DNA of 64,000 bases, from contig PLNR01000006.1 in assembly GCA_003141835.1 (NCBI GenBank), forward strand, positions 78,558 to 142,557. The letters are read 5' to 3'. How positions within the stretch are numbered: position 1 is the stretch's first letter; the number at the start of each line of letters is the position of its first letter. Below the pieces are notes generated by a model. It did no database searches. It was not told the origin of the DNA and saw nothing but the letters and a program-made list of their open reading frames with translations. The position numbers and the translations under genes were made by a program. Positions 44,194-55,982 of this stretch are shown here, piece after piece. This stretch comes from Candidatus Omnitrophota bacterium (lineage in GTDB: Bacteria; Omnitrophota; Gorgyraeia; Pluralincolimonadales; Pluralincolimonadaceae).

Positions 44194-45452
44194 TTTTGCG
44201 CCCCCGTAAATTCAGTGCCGGTAGCCTTTTCCAAGTCCGCAACATCAGTATTATATTTCACCAGGATCCTGTAATAATCCATCTTCGTATCTATGAGCAT
44301 CCTCTCGCTGTCCAGCAGCGCCATCAGGTCGCCTCTTCCGGAACGGAAATTGGCGATAGACGAATTTATCGAGCTTTCCAGCATCGGTATCAGGTTATTT
44401 TTATTGAGGTCTATTTTGCTTTTAGAGACCGCTATATCGGTAAAAAGGTTCTTTGTCTCCAGCAGGGCCTTGTTCTTCATCGCCTCATACGCGGCCTTCG
44501 CCTCATCGAGGTTTGATATCGCTTCCTTGATCTCGTATTTTTGTTTTGTCCAGAACCAGAACGGCACCGTAAAGGCGAGCATCAGATCCCACAATCCGAA
44601 ACTGCCCGTGCCTATCCCCCTTAAAGTGATCCCGGCCGCCAGGTCGGGCCAGTTATTTTTTTCGGCGAGCGTCTTCGCGTGTTTGTTCCTCTCGATCGCG
44701 TAAGAAAAGGTAAGCAATTCCGGCTCGTTCTCCAGGGTGAGCTTGTATAAGGAGGTTATATCCCTGTTAAAGACGACATCCTCGCGCAATTCAGGCGCGG
44801 CTAAGGGGCTTTCCGGGTCGCGGCTTAAAAGGCTGTTCACGCGCGCCTTCTTTGCCGCCTGTTCCAGTTTCAGGTTTGCGATCTTATTGCTGAGATTCGC
44901 TATCTCGAGATTTATCTTGAAGAGGTCTTCCTGCGTGGTTTTTCCCGTGATGTATTTCGCTTCCGATATCCCGGCCACCGACTCAAGCAGTCCGAGGCTC
45001 TGCTCGTTCAGCTCAATCTCTTTGTAATTCATGAAGAGGTCATAATATGCGCCCTTGACCTCATTCACCACTTCCAGTTCTTTATTTTTATACTCGGACG
45101 CGAATATCTGCGATTCGGCAAGCGCGATCTTCCCCTTTGTCGATAACTTCCCGAAAAGCGGCAGGAACTGCGAAATAGTGAGCATATGTTCGTCGTTCGG
45201 CGCCTTGAACACATTTAAAGTATTGGGTATTTTCCAGAATGAAACGCCGATCGTGGGAGCGTCGAGGGATTTCGCCATGGGCACTCTCGCCAAAGACGCG
45301 TCCCATCGGTTCTTCGCCGCCAGGATCTCGGGATTCTTCTCTTTTGCCTCTTTGATAAGGCTGTCTAGAGAAAGTACATCGGAGGGATAAGAAAGGGTTT
45401 CGGTAAATAATAACGCGGCCGCCAGGAATAATGCGGAGAGCCTCTTCGGCAT
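44190..45452 (-). CDS. TolC-family outer-membrane efflux protein (CusC-like)
   Basis: The signal peptide MPKRLSALFLAAALLF starts at the ATG at 45452, 12 nt after the nifU stop. The track start at 45524 would overlap nifU by 60 nt. Two TolC repeat halves are recognisable. Confidence 0.78.
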   Translation of the reverse strand: MPKRLSALFLAAALLFTETLSYPSDVLSLDSLIKEAKEKNPEILAAKNRWDASLARVPMAKSLDAPTIGVSFWKIPNTLNVFKAPNDEHMLTISQFLPLFGKLSTKGKIALAESQIFASEYKNKELEVVNEVKGAYYDLFMNYKEIELNEQSLGLLESVAGISEAKYITGKTTQEDLFKINLEIANLSNKIANLKLEQAAKKARVNSLLSRDPESPLAAPELREDVVFNRDITSLYKLTLENEPELLTFSYAIERNKHAKTLAEKNNWPDLAAGITLRGIGTGSFGLWDLMLAFTVPFWFWTKQKYEIKEAISNLDEAKAAYEAMKNKALLETKNLFTDIAVSKSKIDLNKNNLIPMLESSINSSIANFRSGRGDLMALLDSERMLIDTKMDYYRILVKYNTDVADLEKATGTEFTGAQK

Positions 45453-45463
45453 ATGGTCAGCTC

Positions 45464-46075
45464 TTATTTTGAGAAATGTTTCTTCTTGTACTCCTCGAGC
45501 ACCTGTATCGCCTTGTCCTTGCATTGCCCGCAGACGGTGCCGAGTTTCGTGTGTTCCTGCAATTCAAGGTATGTCCTGGCGCCCTCCAACACGGCATTTT
45601 CTATCTCCGTATCCGTGACATTCATGCACTGGCATACGGTATGGGCCTTTTCTTCCTCGACCTTATCGGTCATGCCGTTTCTGGTGTAATAATCGCTTAT
45701 GGCGGCGCGCAGGGCCTTATGGCCGAGGACCGAACAATGTATCTTATGCTCCGGCAGGCCGCCGAGCTCTTTCGCTATATCTTTCGCGGTCAGGTGGTAC
45801 GCCTTATCGAGGGTCTTGCCAATCACGATCTCTGAAAGTATGGACGTGCTGGCGATCGCGCTCGCGCAGCCGTATGTCTTCCATTTGCATTCGGCGATCG
45901 TATTCTTCTTCTTGTCGACCTTTATCGCGACGACCATCTCGTCGCCGCATTTTATATTGCCGACGATGCCCCTGCCGTCCGGATCGTATTTTGCCTCGTC
46001 CTCAAGGACGTTGCGGGGATGCATGAAGTGGTCTTTTACTTTTTCCGAATATACCCATTCAAAATTTTTGTCCAT
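45464..46075 (-). CDS. nifU: NifU-type Fe-S cluster scaffold (IscU-like domain fused to BFD-like [2Fe-2S] domain)
   Basis: 203 aa. IscU-like segment GNIKCGDEMVVAIK...WKTYGCASAIASTS and C-terminal BFD-like Cys pairs (CQCMNVT...CGQCK). Confidence 0.88.
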   Translation of the reverse strand: MDKNFEWVYSEKVKDHFMHPRNVLEDEAKYDPDGRGIVGNIKCGDEMVVAIKVDKKKNTIAECKWKTYGCASAIASTSILSEIVIGKTLDKAYHLTAKDIAKELGGLPEHKIHCSVLGHKALRAAISDYYTRNGMTDKVEEEKAHTVCQCMNVTDTEIENAVLEGARTYLELQEHTKLGTVCGQCKDKAIQVLEEYKKKHFSK

Positions 46076-46078
46076 GGC

Positions 46079-47251
46079 TTACCTCACCGTAGACATTTTC
46101 CTGATCTTGTCTATGACCAGGGCGGTCTTTTCGACCGTATAATCGATGTCCTCTTCGGTGTTATCCCTGCCGAGGCTCATCCTGATCGAGCCGTGCGCCT
46201 CTTCAGCCGGGAGGCCAGCCGCTATCAGGACATGCGACGGGTCGAGCGAGCCGGACGCGCATGCCGAACCGGTCGATACGGCTATTCCCTCGAGGTCGAG
46301 GTAGAGGAGTATCGCTTCTCCCTCGGCGCCAAAGAATGAGACGTTCAAAGTCCCGGGCAGCGAATCGGTCGGATGGCCGTTGAACTGGATATTGGGGATA
46401 TTTTTTTCGATGCCGGCTTTAAGCCTGGCCTTAAGCGACAACAAACGCTTCGCCTCGGGGCCCATTTCGGTAACACGCATCTCGATGGCTTTACCGAAAC
46501 CGGCTATGCCTATCGTATTCTCGGTTCCCGCGCGCCTGCCCCTCTCCTGGTGCCCGCCCCGTATAAAAGGACAGAACGGCACTCCGGGCGAGACATAAAG
46601 CGCGCCTACGCCTTTCGGCCCGTATATCTTATGGGCCGAGAGCGAAAGATAATCGACGCCCAGCTCGTGGACATTGACGGGTATCTTGCCGACCGCCTGT
46701 ATCGCGTCGGTATGGAACATCGCGCCGTGTTTATGGGCGATCCTGCCTATCTCTTTTATGTCCTGTATCGTGCCGATCTCGTTATTGGCCATCATGATCG
46801 TGACGAGCGCGGTCTTATCCGATATGACCGAAGAATATTTCTCCATGTCTATCTTCCCGGTCTTATGCACGGGCAGGTAGACGACGTCGATGCCTCTCTC
46901 CTCGAGGCATGCCGCCGCTTCCAGGATACACGGATGCTCTATTTGGGACGTTATTATCTGGTGTCTTTTTGTGTGGGGCGCCTCGCAGTGCCTCGCGGCG
47001 CAATAAAGCAGGTTCAGGACGGTGTTGTTCGCCTCGGATCCGCTTCCGGAAAATACAATGTCCTCGGCCTTTCCCCCGATAAACGTGCCTATTTTTTCCC
47101 TCGCGTCATCGATGAGGCGCCGCGCCTGCCTGCCGAAACTGTGTAAACTGGAGGGATTCCCGAAGGCGTCCATCGCTTCTATCATCGCCTTCTTTACTTC
47201 CGGATGCAATGGCGTTGTCGCGTTATGATCCAGATATACTTTGCGTTTCAA
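46079..47251 (-). CDS. nifS: Cysteine desulfurase NifS/IscS
   Basis: VYLDHNATTP...SAHKIYGPKGVGALYV (PLP Lys)...SACAS (active Cys). The probable TTG start at 47251 is preceded by AAGGAG. The ATG at 47383 in the track adds a 44-aa non-conserved extension. Confidence 0.9.
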   Translation of the reverse strand: MKRKVYLDHNATTPLHPEVKKAMIEAMDAFGNPSSLHSFGRQARRLIDDAREKIGTFIGGKAEDIVFSGSGSEANNTVLNLLYCAARHCEAPHTKRHQIITSQIEHPCILEAAACLEERGIDVVYLPVHKTGKIDMEKYSSVISDKTALVTIMMANNEIGTIQDIKEIGRIAHKHGAMFHTDAIQAVGKIPVNVHELGVDYLSLSAHKIYGPKGVGALYVSPGVPFCPFIRGGHQERGRRAGTENTIGIAGFGKAIEMRVTEMGPEAKRLLSLKARLKAGIEKNIPNIQFNGHPTDSLPGTLNVSFFGAEGEAILLYLDLEGIAVSTGSACASGSLDPSHVLIAAGLPAEEAHGSIRMSLGRDNTEEDIDYTVEKTALVIDKIRKMSTVR

Positions 47252-47271
47252 TTTAGTTTCTCCTTGGAAGT

Positions 47272-48198
47272 TTACTCCTGGAACAGCCAGGTCGAAAGGT
47301 ACCTTTCTCCCGTATCGGGAAGCAGGGCAACTATCGTTTTCCCTGCAGATTCCGGGCGTTTTGCCACCTCTAATGCCGCCCATAATGCGGCGCCGCTCGA
47401 GATCCCCACGAGGATGCCCTCTTCTTTTGCAAGCCTGCGGGAGGTCGCTCCGGAGTCTTCGGCGGTCACCTGGATTATCTCATCAATTATGTTTTTGTTC
47501 AATACTTTCGGGACGAATCCCGCGCCTATCCCCTGTATCTTGTGGGGTCCCGGATTACCGCCGGATAGAACGGGAGAATCCTTCGGCTCAACCGCTATTA
47601 TCTTCACTTTAGGATTTTTCTTTTTCAGGACTTCGCCGACGCCTGTTATCGTTCCGCCGGTGCCGACCCCTGAGATGAACACGTCGACTTTACCGTCGGT
47701 ATCCTTCAGGATCTCTTCCGCCGTCGTCCTGCGGTGTATCTCGGGATTGGCCGGGTTGTCGAATTGCTGCGGCATAAAAGCATTAGGGGTGCTATTTACA
47801 AGTTCTTCCGCTTTCTGGATAGCGCCCTTCATGCCTTTTGCGCCCTCTGTCAAAACTATCTCCGCTCCCAGGATCTTAAGCAGCTGCCTGCGTTCGACAC
47901 TCATTGTCTCGGGCATCGTTAAGACCAGTTTATAGCCTTTTGCGGCGGCGACAAATGCCAAAGCAATGCCCGTATTCCCGCTCGTCGGCTCGATGATCAC
48001 GGTGCCTTTCTTAAGCTTGCCCGCCTTCTCGGCCGCCTCGATCAGCGCGACGCCTAACCTGTCCTTGACGCTGGATAGCGGATTGAATGATTCAAGTTTT
48101 GCAATAACCGTCGCGTTCAAGCCTTTCGTAAGGCGATTTATCCTGACCAGTGGCGTGTTACCCACCGTCTTTGTTATATCGTCAAATATTCTCGCCAT
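47272..48198 (-). CDS. cysK: Cysteine synthase A (O-acetylserine sulfhydrylase)
   Basis: 308 aa. [12 protein letters not shown]...SVKDR (PLP Lys)...TSGNTG...GTGGT are canonical CysK motifs. Confidence 0.9.
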   Translation of the reverse strand: MARIFDDITKTVGNTPLVRINRLTKGLNATVIAKLESFNPLSSVKDRLGVALIEAAEKAGKLKKGTVIIEPTSGNTGIALAFVAAAKGYKLVLTMPETMSVERRQLLKILGAEIVLTEGAKGMKGAIQKAEELVNSTPNAFMPQQFDNPANPEIHRRTTAEEILKDTDGKVDVFISGVGTGGTITGVGEVLKKKNPKVKIIAVEPKDSPVLSGGNPGPHKIQGIGAGFVPKVLNKNIIDEIIQVTAEDSGATSRRLAKEEGILVGISSGAALWAALEVAKRPESAGKTIVALLPDTGERYLSTWLFQE

Positions 48199-48217
48199 CT
48201 TATTGTCTCCTTGATAG

Positions 48218-50451
<2,234 letters not shown>

Positions 50452-50510
50452 CTCCAGGTGACTGGTCGTCCAGGTGCTTTTTTGATTTTTTTAAGTTCCC
50501 GGTGATCCGG

Positions 50511-50553
50511 AAAACACAAAAACCTAAACTACCCTTCGGCTGCGCCGCAGGGT
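50511..50553 (-). terminator. Rho-independent terminator (minus strand) after the DUF2292 gene
   Basis: On the minus strand ACCCUGCGGCGCAGCCGAAGGGU forms a stem of about 9-10 bp with a 3-nt loop, followed by AGUUUAGGUUUUUGUGUUUU. Confidence 0.45.
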
Positions 50554-50745
50554 TCAGATACCACCTCCTTCCTCTATTGTCCACACATCGTCAAACCGCT
50601 TCTTTTCCGAGACCTCTACCTGGACTATCTTCGAATTATGCACGGTGATGTTTATCGTGCCGTATTTCAGGCCGCGGACCGAATTGTTAAGCTCCTTGAT
50701 TATAGCGTCATTGATTATGCTCTTGTTCTGCTTATCCGTCTCCAT
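50554..50745 (-). CDS. DUF2292 (YezD-like) small protein
   Basis: 63 aa. GLKYGTINITVHNSKIVQVEVSEKKR matches the G-x-V-x-I-x-V-x-D-G-K-V-V-Q-I-E-x-T-E-K core of the YezD family, which is often found beside sulfur-assimilation genes. Confidence 0.6.
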   Translation of the reverse strand: METDKQNKSIINDAIIKELNNSVRGLKYGTINITVHNSKIVQVEVSEKKRFDDVWTIEEGGGI

Positions 50746-50765
50746 CGTCTTTTTCCTGTCCGGCC

Positions 50766-50945
50766 TTAGCCCAATAGTTTGTCGCCATGGGCCCAGTTCT
50801 CGCCGTTGACCTCGTCGAAGACCAGATACAGGCTATCTTTAGGTTTTCCGGCCACTTTCAGGAGCGTCTCTGAAAATCTCTCGGCGATCTCTTTCTTCTG
50901 TTCTTTCGTCAGCTTACCGACCAACTTTAAATTTACGAACGGCAT
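50766..50945 (-). CDS. 4-oxalocrotonate tautomerase-family protein (59 aa; below the ORF-track cutoff)
   Basis: Manual translation of the minus strand gives MPFVNLKLVGKLTKEQKKEIAERFSETLLKVAGKPKDSLYLVFDEVNGENWAHGDKLLG. Pro2 plus the beta-alpha-beta fold length are the tautomerase hallmark. A GGAGG Shine-Dalgarno lies 5 nt upstream. Confidence 0.7.
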   Translation of the reverse strand: MPFVNLKLVGKLTKEQKKEIAERFSETLLKVAGKPKDSLYLVFDEVNGENWAHGDKLLG

Positions 50946-50959
50946 CTTCTCCTCCTTTT

Positions 50960-51406
50960 TTAAATTACGTAATTGTATGCGGCCGCAGACCCGTATTTAT
51001 TCTTCTGCTTCTCTACTATATCCTCGAGCGTTACCGATTCCAATATCTGCAAAAATTTTTCCGATAATTCACTCCAAATATCCCTCGTTGCGCACGTCTC
51101 AGACCTTTTACACACGGCGGAATCGTCTACGCACGTGACAAAAGTTATAGGCCCTTCCACCGCCAGCAATATCTCTTTCAGGGTTATGTGGGCCGGCGGC
51201 CTGGCCAGGGAATAACCTCCGTGAGCGCCCCTGACAGACGTTATCAGGCCTGCGTTTTTCAAGGGCGGTACCAAATGCCACAGGTATTTCTCCGATATCT
51301 CCTGTCTTTTGGCTGCATCCTTCAGGAAAACAGGCTGCTCACCGAAATGAAGCGCCAGGTCCAGCATCAGCCGCGTCCCATACCTGCCTTTTGTCGTTAA
51401 CTTCAT
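50960..51406 (-). CDS. Rrf2-family transcriptional regulator (IscR-like, 3-Cys cluster)
   Basis: 148 aa. N-terminal wHTH MKLTTKGRYGTRLMLDLA. Cys ligands C-x6-C-x5-C (CVDDSAVCKRSETC). Confidence 0.88.
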   Translation of the reverse strand: MKLTTKGRYGTRLMLDLALHFGEQPVFLKDAAKRQEISEKYLWHLVPPLKNAGLITSVRGAHGGYSLARPPAHITLKEILLAVEGPITFVTCVDDSAVCKRSETCATRDIWSELSEKFLQILESVTLEDIVEKQKNKYGSAAAYNYVI

Positions 51407-51455
51407 CAGGACCTCTCCTTATTTCATTTCCTACTAATTCCATTGAATTGGTGTA

Positions 51456-51483
51456 ATTATAGCACCAAAAAAAACTCTGTCAA
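51456..51483 (-). promoter_or_regulatory. Sigma70-type promoter TTGACA-16-TATAAT for the Rrf2 regulator gene
   Basis: Minus strand: -35 TTGACA (plus 51478-51483), 16-nt spacer, -10 TATAAT (plus 51456-51461). The imperfect palindrome TAATTCCATTGAATTGGTGTAATTA covers the predicted +1 region and is a possible autoregulatory operator. An AAGGAGAG Shine-Dalgarno lies before the ATG. Confidence 0.55.
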
Positions 51484-51501
51484 GTAAAAAAATGTACCCG
51501 C

Positions 51502-52170
51502 CTATTCGAGCTTTTCAGGATGGTGCCTTACGACCTTCGCCTGGACCATGTATATCACGTCCTCGGCGATGTTTGTCGCGTGGTCGCAGATGCGCTCGAG
51601 ATGGCGGGCTATCAGGAGGAGCGGCACCGCGCGCGGGGCGGTGGACTTATCCTTGGCTATGTAATCGTTTATAAGCTCGTCCTGGACAAAATTCCTCAGT
51701 TTATCGGCTTCCGGATCCGTAAGGACGACCTTCTTCGCCAATTCTATGTCCCTGTTGACGAAAGCGTCTATCCCCTGCTTTACCATGCTTTGCGCTATGG
51801 CGCAGAGCTTCGGTATGTCGACCAGGGGCTTGAGCAATGGCTTATCCACTATCTCGAGGACGCGCTGCGCGATATCGACCGCGAGGTCGGCTATCCTCTC
51901 GAGCTCGTTGTTAAGCTTCATAGCAGTAGTGATGAACCTGAGGTCTATGGCGATCGGCTGGTGCAGGGCAAGCATCTCAAGGCAGCGCTCTTCTATCTCG
52001 AGCTCCATCATGTCTATCTGCTTGTCCGAATCGATGACCTTCAGGGCCAGGGCCTTGTCCTGCTCTTTAAGGGACTTGACCGAGCTCATTATCGCCTCCT
52101 CGGCCAGGGCGCCCATCTTTAATATTCGCGCGTTAAGATCCTTTAATTCCTCGTCAAAATGCCTTTCCAT
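51502..52170 (-). CDS. phoU: Phosphate-specific transport regulator PhoU
   Basis: 222 aa with two PhoU repeats (ELERIADLAVDIA and ERICDHATNIAEDVIY). Confidence 0.9.
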   Translation of the reverse strand: MERHFDEELKDLNARILKMGALAEEAIMSSVKSLKEQDKALALKVIDSDKQIDMMELEIEERCLEMLALHQPIAIDLRFITTAMKLNNELERIADLAVDIAQRVLEIVDKPLLKPLVDIPKLCAIAQSMVKQGIDAFVNRDIELAKKVVLTDPEADKLRNFVQDELINDYIAKDKSTAPRAVPLLLIARHLERICDHATNIAEDVIYMVQAKVVRHHPEKLE

Positions 52171-52592
52171 TATTTATCTCCTCTTTTGCGCTTATCCGCT
52201 TCCGCAACTTCGAATATGAGTTTCAGCACCTTCTCCTTGATAGTATCCCTTACCGTCCTGAAAAATTCTATGCCCTTGCCTTTCGGGTCAGGGATGTCCC
52301 ATTCGATATGTTTCTTCGCCGGTACGAAAGGGCACGTGTCCTGACAACCCATGGAAATGACATAGCCGAACTCCTTGACCGGCAGGTCGTTGAAACCTTT
52401 GGATTTCTGCGAAAATATATCCACCTTCTCTTCCCACATCACTTTCGTCGCGTACGGGTTTATCTTTCCCGATGGCTTGGAGCCGGCGCTGTAAGCTTCC
52501 AGCACATGCCCGCCGATGTTCCGCGCAAATCCCTCGGCCATCTGGCTGCGGCAGGAATTTTCTATGCACACGAACAATATTTTTTTCTTCAT
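52170..52592 (-). CDS. LMW protein-tyrosine phosphatase family protein, ArsC (thioredoxin-coupled arsenate reductase)-like
   Basis: 140 aa. P-loop CIENSCRS (Cx5R). Downstream Cys pair GCQDTCP at the position of the ArsC Cys82/Cys89 relay. Confidence 0.75.
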   Translation of the reverse strand: MKKKILFVCIENSCRSQMAEGFARNIGGHVLEAYSAGSKPSGKINPYATKVMWEEKVDIFSQKSKGFNDLPVKEFGYVISMGCQDTCPFVPAKKHIEWDIPDPKGKGIEFFRTVRDTIKEKVLKLIFEVAEADKRKRGDK

Positions 52593-52654
52593 GGTTAGAC
52601 TCGCTCCTCTCGCTCACCATGACCCTGAGCAAACGTAGTGCGTCGAAGGGTCAT

Positions 52655-53419
52655 TTAACCGAACCTCCCGGTGATATAATCTTCCGTCCTCTTGTCTTTC
52701 GGGGCCGTGAAGATATCCTGCGTCTTGCCGAATTCTATCAGTTCGCCCAGGAGGAAGAACGCGGTGTAATCCGAGACGCGGGCGGCCTGCTGCATGTTAT
52801 GGGTCACGATGACTATAGTATAATACTTTTTCAATTCGAGTATGAGCTCTTCTATCTTGCTGGTGGATATAGGATCGAGGCTCGCGCACGGCTCGTCGAA
52901 CAGCAATACCTCCGGCTCGACCGCGAGACAGCGCGCTATGCAAAGCCTCTGCTGCTGCCCGCCGGATAATTTGAGCGCGTTCTCGTGTATCCTGTCCTTT
53001 ACCTCGTCCCAGAGAGCTGCTTTTTTCAGCGACTCCCCGACCTTCTTCTCGATGAAATTCCCGTCGGTTATCCCGTTTATCTTAAGCCCGTAACTGACAT
53101 TCTCAAATATGCTCTTCGGGAACGGGTTCGGCTTCTGGAAGACCATCCCTATGCGCCTCCTGATCTCGACCGGGTCCACCGACGGGTCGAAGATGTCCTC
53201 TTCCTCCAGTAATATCGCCCCTTTCAATGACGTGTTGGGCACAAGCTCGTTCATCCGGTTCAAAAGCCTTATGAAAGTCGATTTGCCGCAACCCGACGGC
53301 CCTATGATGGCAGTAACCTGGTTCTTATAAATTTCAATGCTTACCGAACTCAACGCCTGGCGGCTCCCGTAAAAGAAATTTATATCCCTCGCCTCTATTT
53401 TGACTATCCGCCTATCCAT
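52655..53419 (-). CDS. pstB: Phosphate ABC transporter ATP-binding protein PstB
   Basis: 254 aa. Walker [13 protein letters not shown] signature LSGGQQQRL, Walker B LLFDEP. Confidence 0.93.
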   Translation of the reverse strand: MDRRIVKIEARDINFFYGSRQALSSVSIEIYKNQVTAIIGPSGCGKSTFIRLLNRMNELVPNTSLKGAILLEEEDIFDPSVDPVEIRRRIGMVFQKPNPFPKSIFENVSYGLKINGITDGNFIEKKVGESLKKAALWDEVKDRIHENALKLSGGQQQRLCIARCLAVEPEVLLFDEPCASLDPISTSKIEELILELKKYYTIVIVTHNMQQAARVSDYTAFFLLGELIEFGKTQDIFTAPKDKRTEDYITGRFG

Positions 53420-54263
53420 GGATGACCCTCTGTTTTTGCCGTATGACTATCGCTATGGTAGAGATCAATAAGACCAGGACCAAAAGTATCAAGCCGCATC
53501 CGTAGGCGATCGCCGCCTGTTTATCCGGATGCGTGCCTTCGGTCATCAACGCGTAAATGTGGTAAGGAAGCGCCATAACTTCCGAAAATACCGAATCCGG
53601 ATAATGCCGCGTATAAAATGTGGCTGCGGTAAAAAGGATCGGCGCCGTCTCTCCCGCGACGCGCCCGATGCTCAATATCACGCCTGTCAAAATACCGGGC
53701 AGGGCAGTCGGAAGGACGATCTTCTTTATCGTTTGCCATTTTGACGCGCCGAGTGCCAGGGAAGCTTCCCTTAAAGATTGGGGAACAGCCGTAAGCGCCT
53801 CCTGCGACGCGGATATTATCACGGGAAGGGCTAATATTCCTAACGTGAGGCTGCCGGATAATATCGAAACTCCGAATTTCATGTATTTTACGAATACCGC
53901 AAAACCAAAAAGCCCGAATACGACCGACGGGACGCCCGCGAGGTTGTTTATGCTCATCCTGATCAAATTCACCAACGCGCTTTTCGGGGAATATTCGCAA
54001 AGGTATATCGCGCACGCCAGGCCGAGCGGCAATGAGACGAGTATAGCTCCCATCGTAAGATAAAATGTCCCTAATATCGCCGGCGCCACGCCGCCTTCGG
54101 TCATCCCGTTCCGCGGGACCTGGGTCAGGAATTCCCACGATATGACCTTTATTCCCCTGATGGTAATAAAATAGATTATCGCCCCGAGGAAGAACAGGGT
54201 GACCGCCATGCAAAGGAAGAGCAGCGCAAAACCTATATTCTGCGTTACCTTGTGTTTTTTCAT
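53412..54263 (-). CDS. pstA: Phosphate ABC transporter permease PstA
   Basis: 283 aa, 6 TM. The EAA-type motif region ([19 protein letters not shown]) is typical of PstA. Confidence 0.85.
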   Translation of the reverse strand: MKKHKVTQNIGFALLFLCMAVTLFFLGAIIYFITIRGIKVISWEFLTQVPRNGMTEGGVAPAILGTFYLTMGAILVSLPLGLACAIYLCEYSPKSALVNLIRMSINNLAGVPSVVFGLFGFAVFVKYMKFGVSILSGSLTLGILALPVIISASQEALTAVPQSLREASLALGASKWQTIKKIVLPTALPGILTGVILSIGRVAGETAPILFTAATFYTRHYPDSVFSEVMALPYHIYALMTEGTHPDKQAAIAYGCGLILLVLVLLISTIAIVIRQKQRVIHG

Positions 54264-55144
54264 CCGCCCAACCCCAGTTTTATCCTGAACCTGCGGCTGA
54301 TAAGTTCAGCGACGATATTAAATACAAAAGTTATAAGGAACAGGACCAGCGCGATCGCGAAGAGCGAATGGTAATGCGCGCTGCCCATCGGCGCCTCGCC
54401 CATCTCAGCGGCTATGGCCGAGGTCATCGGCCGCACCGGTTCAAAGAACGAATGTGGTATAACGGCTGCGCCTCCGGCTACCATCAGGACCGTCATCGTC
54501 TCTCCTATGGCCCTGCTCATGCCGAGGATTATCGCCGTGGATATCCCTGAGCCTGCCGCCGGGATCACGACGTTCACAAGCGTCTGCCAACGGTTCGCGC
54601 CCACGGCGAATGAGGCCTCCCTGAAACTTTTCGGGACATAGCTCAGCGCGTCCTCGGCGATGCTGCAGACCGTAGGCGTCGCCATTATCCCCAGTGTAAG
54701 GCTCGCGGTGAAAGCGCATAATCCCGTCGGAAGATGGAGCAAATTTTGCAAAAAAGGCGCGATCATCATCATACCGAAAAATCCGTATACTACCGACGGT
54801 ATGCTGGCCAATATTTCGACAAGCGGTTTTAATACCGCCCTCTGCCGGTGGCCCGCCAGCTCGTTCAGGTAAAGGGCGCTTCCTACGCCTAACGGGACGC
54901 AGACGAACATTGCGCCTACGGTGACCCAGAACGACGCCAGTATCAAAGGCAGGATCCCGAATTCCGGCGGGTCAAATGTCGGATACCATGCCTTCCCGAA
55001 GATAAAGTCCGCCGGCTTGACCTCTTTAAATACCGGCAGCCCTTCTTTAAAAAGGACGATTATTATGCCGACCAGAAAAATAAGGGAAGAGAAGGCCAGC
55101 ACAGTGAAGATCCACCGGTAGGCCTTCTCTTTTAACTTAGCCAT
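54260..55144 (-). CDS. pstC: Phosphate ABC transporter permease PstC
   Basis: 294 aa, 6 TM. EAA motif EASFAVGANRWQTLVNVVIPAA. Confidence 0.85.
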   Translation of the reverse strand: MAKLKEKAYRWIFTVLAFSSLIFLVGIIIVLFKEGLPVFKEVKPADFIFGKAWYPTFDPPEFGILPLILASFWVTVGAMFVCVPLGVGSALYLNELAGHRQRAVLKPLVEILASIPSVVYGFFGMMMIAPFLQNLLHLPTGLCAFTASLTLGIMATPTVCSIAEDALSYVPKSFREASFAVGANRWQTLVNVVIPAAGSGISTAIILGMSRAIGETMTVLMVAGGAAVIPHSFFEPVRPMTSAIAAEMGEAPMGSAHYHSLFAIALVLFLITFVFNIVAELISRRFRIKLGLGG

Positions 55145-55148
55145 ATGC

Positions 55149-55973
55149 TTATTTTAACGCTACAAACCCTTCTTCATCAACGATTTTCTGCCCGTCGTCG
55201 CTCATTATAAAATCGATGAACGCTTTGGTCGCGCCTTGCGGGGCGCCATTCGTATACATGAACAACGGCCTCGAGAGCGGGTATTTGCCGGAAAGGACCG
55301 TCTCTTTGGAAGGTTCAACCCCGTTTATGGGTATCGCCTTGACCTCACCGTTAATATATCCCAAGCCCACGTAACCTATCGCGCCCGGCGTCTTCGCTAT
55401 GACTGAAGCCACCGCCTGGTTAGAGGCCTGCATCAACGCGTCCGCCCTTACCTTATGGCCGTCAAGCGCGAGCGCGCCGAAAGCCTCGAACGTCCCGCTC
55501 GAGCTGTCGCGCGAGACGACTACTATCTTATCACCGGTCCCGCCCACATCGGACCATTTAGAGACCGAGCCGGTAAAGATCTCTTTCAGCTGCTGTTTCG
55601 TCAAAGCGCTCAGGCCGTTGGAGGGGTTCACTATCACCGCTATCCCGTCCATTGATATTACATTCGCTTTCGGGCTCTTGCCTCTCTGGCCCGCCTTCTC
55701 TAATTCGGCATCTTTCATCGAACGCGACGAATCACCGATATCGCAGGTGCCGTCTATCAATGACGCGATACCTACGCCGGAGCCGCCCCCGCGCACCGAT
55801 ATATCCACGGCCGGGTTCTTCGACATGAAAACCTCAGCTGCCTTCTGCGCGATCGGCAGGACCGTAGTCGATCCCTCGACCACTATCTTGTTAGTAGCTG
55901 CGGATGCCGCGGGCACACAGGAACCCGCAGCCACAAAGACCGCAATAACCGCCAACCAAATAACCTTTTTCAT
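55149..55973 (-). CDS. pstS: Phosphate-binding protein PstS
   Basis: 274 aa. Signal peptide, then the PBP motifs VEGSTTVLPIA...VRGGGSGVG...SRDSSSGT. Confidence 0.88.
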   Translation of the reverse strand: MKKVIWLAVIAVFVAAGSCVPAASAATNKIVVEGSTTVLPIAQKAAEVFMSKNPAVDISVRGGGSGVGIASLIDGTCDIGDSSRSMKDAELEKAGQRGKSPKANVISMDGIAVIVNPSNGLSALTKQQLKEIFTGSVSKWSDVGGTGDKIVVVSRDSSSGTFEAFGALALDGHKVRADALMQASNQAVASVIAKTPGAIGYVGLGYINGEVKAIPINGVEPSKETVLSGKYPLSRPLFMYTNGAPQGATKAFIDFIMSDDGQKIVDEEGFVALK

Positions 55974-55982
55974 TTTTCCTCC

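Noticed and set aside
52618-52654. 8-bp hairpin (AUGACCCU...AGGGUCAU) between pstB and the ArsC-like gene
   Set aside because: The 20-nt loop and the absence of a U-tract make it unlikely as a terminator or regulatory element. Probably fortuitous.
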